A stretch of DNA of 64,000 nucleotides from Macrostomum lignano. Lineage: Eukaryota. Below the pieces are notes generated by a model. It saw nothing but the letters and a program-made list of their open reading frames with translations. It ran no database searches and was not told where the DNA came from. The stretch spans positions 62,001 to 126,000 of the forward strand of contig NIVC01001449.1 in the NCBI GenBank assembly GCA_002269645.1. The letters are read 5' to 3'. The position numbers and the translations under genes were made by a program. Shown one piece after another: positions 52,101 to 62,700 of this stretch; position 1 is the stretch's first letter; each line of letters begins with the position of its first letter.

Positions 52101-53685
52101 ACAATAACTTCTAAAACGAATCATAAGTATTCATACCTGATTGATAGATGGTACCATCCAGTATCGCTCCTTTGGGGGACCAACGGTATGTCTGCTGACC
52201 ACCTTTACTGCAGGACTCTCGACGGCAGAGCTATTCGAAATGAATATTTCTGAGTGATCCAAATATTCGTAATCTGAAATCAATAGTATTTTAGTTAGTT
52301 GTTGTTATCTTTAAGTATCCAAAAATGCATTCTACATCTTGAAAGTTTTTTGACAAAACACAGCAGAACAATTAGGGCAGTAAGAAACCATTTATGATTA
52401 AATCACCGGAAGCCGATACAATGAAGATACGAGCGTAATTTGTTCTACGGAGCATGGATGAAGGAATATATTATTCTGCTCATATGCGGACTACTCGTAT
52501 AAGTCGTAGAAACAACCAATGACGAGCAGAGCCATGCCTAGTCAAGTTGCCAATATTTTAACAAGCGTTAGGAAATATGGACAAAGCTATTGCTACACAA
52601 CAATTAAAACCGTGAGTACCTGCATTCGTTCAGTTTTCTACCACTAGGGTTGATGCAGATAAAGATTTATAAGACTTGAAAACCAGTTAATCCATGTATA
52701 ATAGAAGCACAGGGTTTAGGGTTTACAGTCAATTTGTGGCAGGCAAATTGCAGTAGTCAGTTGCAGACGCCACGGTTTGGAACACCCCAAGTTTAGATGA
52801 ACCTATGACCACGGATAAACAATTCTTATATTCCAGCACCCTCGCCACCCAGCTGTGTGTTTCTGATTGCTCTGATTGATTGTCTGTACAAACCGTAGTG
52901 CATTGACTGCCTGTTGCAGGGCAGCACCTCACAGGCCTGAAACGGCACAGTCGGGTCCATTGTGTAGCAGTAGTAAAAATCTTTGCTCTCGCAATTGCGA
53001 CAATAGTTTCTAGAGCGGTTCTTGGCGCCATCTCCTGGAAAGTTTGCATCAAGCTGGCACTGGTAGGGTATGGTGTGCGGTCCGGAGCTGCTCCAGTTCT
53101 GGCAGGCCAGGCCTCCTACGGTTACATTCTGCAAGCCATAGTAGTTCTTGTAGGACACAGTGCCGCATACGTCATGGCCGTAACCAGCTAAAATTCATCA
53201 AGGATAAGTTTTATGTACATTTGGAATGGCGCTGCTCAATTTTGGGGCACTAAATTGACTACTTATTCAAATTTTAAATTCCATAATAGCAAATTAAACC
53301 TTTGCTTGTTCCATATGAGTACTATGTTGAGCGAAGTATGTGAAGGTAAAATGTAAAAATGCTATGCCAGACATGTAAGCGGAAAAATGAAAGTACTCTC
53401 CGAGGCATTTTTAATCAATTATTATAAAAATATTGTAACAGGAATCTATGATTCGAATTTGATTCGATATGATTCGATTTGATTCGATATGATTCGATTT
53501 GATTCGATATGATTCGATTTGATTCGATATGATTCGATTTGATTACGAATAATAAGCCATAAAGCAATTTACAGAAGCAAAAAACCTACAATAAATTTGG
53601 TTTTTAAATCACTTTGCCAGGATACCTTTACACTCTTAAATTGTAAAAACCCACGTGCTGATAGGGCCCTTTTGTACACACACGT

Positions 53686-53719
<34 letters not shown>

Positions 53720-56700
53720 TATACTACTGTCAGTATAACGTACTGGTAATATAAGTGTAGACCCGGATGAATCTGATATCGGTATCAATGCCCAGGTCCA
53801 CCATCCAGTAGTGATAAGTCCTGGTAAAGTCCAGATGCGGCGTGTAGAAGTTACTGCCAGAGCTGATCGCACCAACGTAGCCGTCGTTCGGCCTCAGGTT
53901 GATATACGAGTAGCTGCTCGGGTCGATGCTGCTAATCCGTCTCTTGGCTCGAGCCATCGAGTAAGGTAGAGCGGTGTCTGCGGAGGCTGCAAGCAAAGTG
54001 AAAAGCCAATTCAACTTTTGTGTTACGCATGACTTGCTTGGTGAGCGGTTTGAATTTTAGATGCGTTATAAAACACACCCCGTGTGACCCACTGTGCTTA
54101 CCACTTTGAACTCAACTTACAGTTGATACATCGATATCCAGGGACGGACCCGGAATGTATTTGAGAGGGGCAAGCTATGCCACGCAAGTAAAACTAAAAA
54201 TTGGAAAATCTACATGCATAGTTACAGGTAAAAAAGTAAGGCCCGATATTTTGGCCACGGCTGAGGGAGGGTCATGGCCCCTGCCCCCTCTGGGTCCACT
54301 CCTGGCGTCCCAAACAAGATTTCGCATCATTAAGTCGTTTGAAATCGTGGGTACTGGCCCATCAAGTTTTTGGACGTAAGCTTGACACTTTTTGGGGACT
54401 TTAGGCTGTTTAATATCCGTTCGGGCCCTGTCCCAGGTGCGCGTTCTCCCTGCTTTTTTCCTTTTCGTGCACCTCTACCTGTCTCCTCCGCCCCGGTTTT
54501 AAGGCCTTTCGAATTGACTCAGACCACTTGTCTGTTTGCTCAGCCGGCAAATGATTTTATCTTCTATGCTCGTCTGTTTTTTTCCTACTGATAGTTAGTT
54601 GCTACTATTTTTTTAGTTATTGTGAACTGGAAACTTCGTAATCTGAATAAAAATGGCTCTCCAATGTCGTTTTTTCGTGCTCCGACCAGAGAGCAAACGA
54701 TATAAGTCTTCCGACCGTTTGGTAAAGGGTAATGTTGCTATGTTCCGTAAGTATTTATTGCAGATTAAAATGACTATCAAACCATAGAGCACACTTTCAC
54801 GCTGTCAGGCACGCGCAGACTTTAGCTGGCTTGAGTTGACATGTCAGCTTTTGTGCGAGCTATTGCGCAGCGCATCTAAAGACTGTGTAGTGACCTTCGA
54901 GAAATTTCTATTCGTACGTTTTCTAGAAAGTTCTGTGTCTGAAACAATTTCTCATTTACTGCATTTCAATATATTTAATAATTAACGAGTATTCGCAGTC
55001 TGTGGGTAAAACTAGCGATAAATAACTAGCAGTATTTTCTTAACAATCATTTTGTTATAATGCATTATTTCTAGAACTTTCCGGAAGAGCATCTCAACAC
55101 TATAAATATACAGCAGCTCAGCTGGAATCTCTTCACGAATCTTCTTCTTCTAGATTCCAGTAACATTATTCCATAAACCCATTAACCAGTTGAAACACCA
55201 CCTTGCTCTCGCCTCATTACTGAAAAACCCGCTACAACTGGTCCGGCGAGGCGGATGAACATGTAAAAATACCGCCTATCTCCTTTCACTTTCTTTTATT
55301 TACTTTAAATCCTTACAACTGCATACGCCTTTCAGCCATACCCACCCTTAATTACCCTAGTTAATCCTGGTACCCATTTTACAGCTGGTTGAAGTGAATC
55401 AATGCAGAGTTAAGCGTCTTGCTGAAGGACATAAATCGTTCCGAGTGCGACCTTTGAGTAGTAAGTCCGACGCTCCAACCACTAGCTCGTATTATTTTGA
55501 ATTTGTTCCGTTAATCAAGCTAATCCGTTAATCCATATACTAAACATGGTTTGTCGATATCTATGTGATCGATTAAAGAAAAAATGGCTCCACCGATTTT
55601 CTTCGAACTTGTACTGTTCGATCAGATGTTTAAATGATTAAATGTTTCAAAATTTCACACCAACGATTGAATTTGAAGTATTTTATTAAAAAAAACATAA
55701 GTGTAGCTCTTTTCCATAGAAAATAATTTTGATATAAATTGAAGTCTAGAAGCAAGCTATCACACTATAAAGCAAGCTGAATCCTTACAATCTACTAGTG
55801 TGACAGTCTTAGTCTTTTTAGAAAAGTCGAGAATTATCGCAGTTTAGCGTCACGCTACTGGTAGTAGATTTAACGTAGTAAAATATTTTAGAGTTTTAAG
55901 AATTTTTGGAATCGAGAATTTTCACTGTTGTTTATATATCCAAATAATGTTTAAATTAGCTTTAAAACGTACTTTGGCGGACGCACTTTTTCGTATCAAG
56001 CAAGCTCGGCATGTAGTATCTAAAACCACTAACCTGCGGGACTCCACAAGCAACAAATTCTGGGCTTACCATTCACGCATCCGTACAGCTGCAGCCTGGT
56101 CTCGGCAAAGTTGACCACAGCAGCCGGATAGACGCGGATTGCAAGGGCCAGCAGGTCAGGCAGGAACCTGAAGCTGCCGACCCGGCGTGGATTGTCCATG
56201 ATTCCGCCGAGTTGCTAAGTTAAAATATAAAATAAATCGGGAAAATTACGCAATAATAAATTATTTCAAATAAAAAACAATTTAGGCATAAACTGAACAA
56301 TGCTCATATTATTAGACCATATCTATCTAAATGTTCTACCTTGTTGTTATAGAAAATTCTCCAGTATCGCGCATTCTCGCTATAGGTAATGTTAAAAGCT
56401 TTCATCCCAGTCGTTGAAGCCGCACCGCCGAAGGCTGCACTGCTGATTCCGCCCTGAACCGAGATCCACAACAGCCGGACAATCTTGTCGAATGCGGCCT
56501 GTAGAATTTTTTTGAGGAGTACATGTACGAATTGGCTTATCTATAGAGCAATGACCTACGAGCTTTTGTGACTATTTTAATCACTTCTTGCATTTAGGAT
56601 TATCGTACGATCACATCTATTTTTTCTTTTTTGGACGTGAATTCATAGCTGCATGTGCATGAAGTTCGGGCCCGGGAGTAAGTAGAAACGCAGCAGAAGC

Positions 56701-59700
56701 GGTGAACAAGTTTATCATCATATTTTGTTAATGACATTTAATAAACTAACCTGAATATATATTCGTTCAATAGAAGACTCCTGGTAGTGCGTTGATCGAA
56801 AAGCCCCCAGTGTCTTTTTACTGAGCACGTTGAAGTAAACTTGTATGCTATGAAAGTTTGTGTCAGAGTTACATTTGACGTCATTTGAGTAGCCGACCTT
56901 CCTGACCGCAATGGAGTGCACCTGGTCGGTAGACTCGCCAATTTTGACGTCGCCAACGTAGGTAGCGATGGTCGTGACTCCACCAGCTGTCTGCCAGGTG
57001 ACGCTCACCCGAACAAAGTCGTCCGTGTTTGCCTGTGCGGTCTGGTTCAGTGTATTGTTAAGCGTATCTAGGGTATAGATAGATGCATTATTGATTGAGT
57101 AGTCCTTGTGCTCTACAACAGCTCCAGCGTAGCTGATCTGACTCAAACCATTGCCTTTCAGCATGATGATGTACCGCGGCTGAAGCACGAGGTTTTGAAA
57201 GTAAATATTCGCGGAGCAAACTGCACAAAGACGCAAGTTTTATTTAGAGATTCACGAAACGAAAACATTCGAAAAATACGTACATTGGTCATGGCCTCTA
57301 GGTAGCCATATTGGTCAGTTAGCCAGATCTTTGTGAGCCTAGATCTCATTCGAACAAAGAGCGTGGCATTGCGCGTTGTCAGCGCCTCTGAAATCGCTTC
57401 ATCCGGGAACCAGTAGACTCTCACGTCAACTTCTTTGTTGAGTACGTAATCTGCATTTACGATTGAGGTTGCTTTAGAATCATCATGGACAAGAAATTTC
57501 ATTGTGACAAAACCGCTGACTTTGCAGCAGAAACTTACACTCCTCGCCGTGCACTTGAAGGTTATAAATATGAATTCGGCCCATATCAGCCGGCCTGGTC
57601 AGCACGGCGAATCTTCCGATGATTGGCCTGTCACAGATGAGGCTGTAATCCAACAGATTTGCTACATAAAACTCGAGCGAGCTGCACACCTGCCAGTCTT
57701 TGAATGCGCCCTCTCCGAGGGATGAATCGTAGTTGTTACCGACGAGCACGGTGAGGGGATGCATACCCTTCACTGTATAAAAGCACGATAAATTGAATTC
57801 ATCTTTAATGTCTCTGATTAGAACTTTAATTGAAAATTAAATTCCCAGCTCGATTCGCGAGCTGGGAAAATCCCAGCTCGCTTCAGGATTCACTCACAGT
57901 AAGACGAGAATTCGATCCCAGAAATATTATGTAGCAGTTTGAGGTCCATCAGCAGCCAATGCAGCTTAACGGCGGGGGGAGTCGAAGTGCTTATGGTAAT
58001 CCATCCAGTGTTATAATCCAGAGAGCTCAGTGTGATGGTCTGTCCGTTATGAATAACCGACATCCTGTCTATCGCATTTGGCCTGCCATTGTATCGGTAG
58101 CTTGCAAACCGGATGTACGGTCGGACTGCAAATAGTTTTTGTTTGTTTGTTTGTTGTCAGTTTATTGTTGGCTTGTTGCTAGCTTGTTATTAGTTTGTGG
58201 TTATCTTGTATCTTGGCTTGTCTATGTCTGTCTCGCATATTTTTTTCAATCATTAGCTAGATAAAATCTTGTGCGTTCCGACTGTTAACAACTAACGAAT
58301 TCCTAAATCTTCGAAAAAAAATTGCAACGCCTTTAAAGTGCAAATAACTGGGAAATTTGCTCTTTCGGTGCCGAAATTTCCAAATTCGAGCTCACAGCAA
58401 TAGAATGATGTGCAACTAGAAAAACCGCCAGTCGCTCCATAACACCTGGGTTCGTAACTGCCGCTCTCTGAAAGAAAACGAGAAAGAGATAGGGTATTAC
58501 CGCATATACTTCGGGTGTGTCATAAGTAATGTCACTGCAGGCCTCTGTCTAAAAAATGTAGGCACATGGACTTGTGGGTAGTGTAGCTGCAAAGAATACT
58601 TAGTGAAGCAATACCAGTGCATTTGAGACGTGCATAGGTTGTTTATGGCCCAAGCTATCGCAAGAATACGCCAAGCAGATTTAGCAAGTGCAACGCGATG
58701 AAAACTCGTCTATGCAGCAAACAAAAATAACCATGAATCTCAACAAGACGCCTGCACCAAGCAGATCCGCAAGGTGTTCAGCAGCCGGGGCTTGAATGAC
58801 ATCCTAAACTGCCTGGTTGCTGAGGATGAAAGTTGGCTCCACCTGGATGGCAAGGGCAGCGAGGCAGACAATCGCTGCTGGCTAGGAGCTGGGGTCTGCT
58901 GCCGACCGTGACCACGAGGTCCGTCTCGGACAAGAAGACCATGCTGCTGGTGGCCTTTACACCAAACAAAGATGTCTCATCGAGGGTCAAACGTCAAGTT
59001 CGATTGTCAATAGTTTTTATCCGCTTTTGCCCGGCACACTGGGGTCCTTTGGCGCACTCTTCGGTCAAATCCATGTCTCCTGGACGAGGTTCTGTGGCAG
59101 GTGGACACCGCACGGTCGCACACCTGTAAGCCTGTTTCGGATTTTCTACCTGCACGGCGAGTGAATCTGCTCTGACAGAGTCCCTACAGCCCGGACCTCA
59201 ACTTGTGCGACAGATTTCTGTTCAAATGGCTGAAGGCTGACTTTTCCAAGAAGAGTTTCGCAAATCATGAAGAGGTCAAACAGGCCGCGTTGCACTGGTT
59301 ATGGCTGTTGGATTAAAAACACCTGCAGGCTGAGGTGGACAAGCTGTATGAGCACTGCCAGAGAGTGATTGATATTGGGGGACTCTATATTGTTGAGTGG
59401 TACAGTTTTGTTTATCTGCGATTGCAAGTTCGTCTGTTTTCACATCAGTGACATAACTTTTGACACACCCGAAGTACCATCGTCTGCAGTTCATTAAGTG
59501 CAATAATAATGTGTGCATAGCTAAAATGGCAGATAGTGGAGCCCATTACCACTTATACACTGTCGGCTGTAGTTTAGCCCGGTCAGACTTGAAGGCAAGT
59601 ACGGACTCCATGGAAGGCAGGCGATTCCTTCCCGTGTAACATTCAACTCGTGCAGGTAGTAGGCTGCATCGCCTCTGTTTATTATGCATGGCTCTGGGGG

Positions 59701-62700
59701 TATGGAGTAGGAGTTATTATTTACAAATGCGCGTGTACATGTAGATAAGAAAGTCATAAACAAAGCAAATCTTGCACTATTCAGATAGACATTTAGACGT
59801 GTACATGTGAGTCTGTCTGAAAGATGCGAGTCTGTTAGATTTGAGTTCGTCTGTTAGATAGGAGCCTTATCTATTAGGCCTGTTACAAGTTAGATTGGAT
59901 TCAATTCCTAAGAGGAAAAAACAGGTAAATGACTAAATCTACATGCAATGCGCGAACGTATATTGCAGCCCAGCTTGGACCGATTGACTCTACAGCTTAC
60001 GATCAGTCTTGGTCTTGCTGCCTATAATGGCATCCTCGGGCCTGCTGAATGACGATCTCCCGTGGCTGGTGAGGGAGACCGATAATTTGCCGGGAATTCC
60101 GTGCAACAGTGGCTGCATGCAGTCTGCAAATCGATGCAATATCGAATGGCGTGTTTCTGGTGATCAAGAAACACATTGAAAAACAGAAAAGTTGATTTCG
60201 CATTGCATTTTTACCGATTTCAAGACAAGAGAAATACTCCGTAGCATAATTATTAGCTGTAAAGTACAAGTCTCCACTCCAGGGTGTGGAATAGTATATT
60301 GCGTAGATGTCGTAAGAATACTGAACACCGTATGTGTAGTTTTCGAACTCATGGTCCGTAAGAAACTGAAAGTTTCTGGCGGCATTCGGGCCATCTCCGG
60401 TATATCTCAGGTCCGTATAGGTGAGCTGGCCTCCAACGTAGCCGATTTGCGTCAGTGGGCCTCTGGTGCACTGGCCGGGCACTGCGGACGGGTTGGAGCA
60501 CAATAAATGGCCATGCATCTGCTAGACTGTGCTCTATCGGTACTTTGACTCTGTTATACGTTAAGCTAAACCAGTTTATGATGTTAAGTAATATATTTTA
60601 CGAAGTAATTAATGGATGCTACATCAGTACGATGCTAACTGGATGTTACAACAGTGTGACGCTAACTGGATGCTACCACCATTGGAATGCTAACACCAGT
60701 GCAATGCTAATTGGATGTTACACCAGTGCGATGCTAACTGGATGTTACACCAGTGCGATGCTAACTGGATGCTGCACCAGTGTGATGCTAACTGGATGTT
60801 ACACCAATGTGATGCTAACTGGATGTTACACCAGTGTGATGCTAACTGGATATTACACCAGTGCGATGCTAACTGTATTTTACACCAGTGCGATGCTAAC
60901 GGAATGTTAAATCATTGCGTGGTGCAAAAGTTGGGGCAATCGGGAAGCAATTGACTAACCTTTCTGCATAGGCACCTGGCATGCAAAATAGTACTTGAGC
61001 GACGCATTGGCCACAGGAATCAGGCCGGCAAAGATGACGTGCCATGCAGCGTGCAGGTTGCCAGGCTGCTCCGACACCCAAGCCGAGTGATCAATCGGAT
61101 CGCCATCAATCCAGAACCAGTCGCCAGTGCTTGCGTTTCTGGTCACGCCAACGTGAAGTGTCCACGGTTGACTGCGGCGAAAAAAGTACAGTGGGTAAAT
61201 GTGTCTAATGTCAGAACTCAGAAACAGAATTTTTTTAAAAAATACGTTCTAGGCTCTAAAAATATAAATTGATTTAAACTTATGACTGAAGCTACCTCGC
61301 TGGGCTTACTGACACTGATATGACGCTATCTGTAGCTGTCACCTAGCTTTCTAAAACACAAATAAATCAATCACATTCTTGTTCTAAAAACATGAAATGT
61401 ACATGCATGACTCCATTTGATCAACTAAATTCTTACTGCTTGGTGAGAAAGTTGTACTGCAGCGCCTGCTTGGGCATAAACAGACTGCCTCGCTCTCCCA
61501 GCCACCTGTAGCTCCGGCAGTGCTTCTGTGCCGCGTCCTGGGTAGCGTTTATTGCCACCACTCGCACGCACGAATAAAACTGCGGCGTGAATCCCAGCGG
61601 ACAGTCGAGAATTCGCTTTCCAAACACGGCAACACCGTTGGGACTCAGCGAACCATTGTTCCCATTCGCAAAGTGCAATCGCAGTTTTACTGGCTGCAAA
61701 ACCTGCGGCAGTAGCACTTTTTGACTTACGGCGGTTACTGAGAACTGGAACAGAATTGGAAGGTGATTGGTATCGGTTTGTTTGCAATAAATGCAGGTCC
61801 TCAAACGCTCTGGTAGCCACTTCTCAACAACTGCGGTCAGTATTGTTTCCAATCCACCCTGAATTCTGCCTCTTTCATGGTGTCTGCTGAACCTCGCTAC
61901 CATTCTTTCTATTGCTTAGTGTTTATTACTCATAGGCGAAGCAAAATACAGTTTTCTTGCACTAAAACTAGCACATTTTTACGATTGAAAACGAGTCTTG
62001 AAGAGGGAAACAATATTGTTTTAATACCGGTCTCTATGGACGTACGACACGTAGAGTTAATAGAGGCCAAGAACCCGCATTCCTGCAGTTTCTCTATTAT
62101 TCAAACTCGTCGCTTTAAGAAAGGGTAAAGACGCACCATCCACGTCGTGTTGTAAATCTTTAGCACTTCGTCTTCTCCAAGAACTTCTTCATAGCTCAGG
62201 TAAAACTGAATAGGTTCAGACGAGCTCCGATCGAGCACCAGGTAGTTCAAGTGGTAGACAATGCCGAAGGTAATCAGAATCGTTTTGGAGTCTTCCCATG
62301 TTGAGTTCATTTCGCTGGCAAGCACTTGTGTGCTGTCTGCAAGAGTAGATAAGCAAATCAGAGGATTTAAGTTGTCGTGCGATAGCTCTCACCCATCAGG
62401 GCCAACCTCCGAAGGCACAGAGAGTGTATATGCCTGACGGTTAGAAAGTCAAGGACGCTGAATTGTATACCCTGTGTAGGAGTTTGTATGTTTGGGTGCC
62501 TACGCACAGTATCTACAATATTTTATGTGCTTAGGGGTCAGCGGAATGGGCAGAGTTGCCTCATCGCTGGTTGTGGGACGATGTCGCCGAAGATGTTTTA
62601 TCAGGGTTTCCAAAGCACTTTCGCAATTTTTTTTATAAAAATATAAAAGTACTGCTCGTACTTGTGTCATTCGGAAAGCCAAGGAGATCGAATTTCACAG

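Noticed and set aside
52400-52810. Candidate exons between the kringle and FTP C-half
   Set aside because: Each reading hits a stop or needs weak sites; the region also contains two scar-like words, suggesting intron.
60455-60954. Cys-rich repetitive ORFs (TSAMLTGCY / MLHQCDANW) as genes
   Set aside because: Translations of a 27-bp intronic minisatellite on the strand opposite the host gene.
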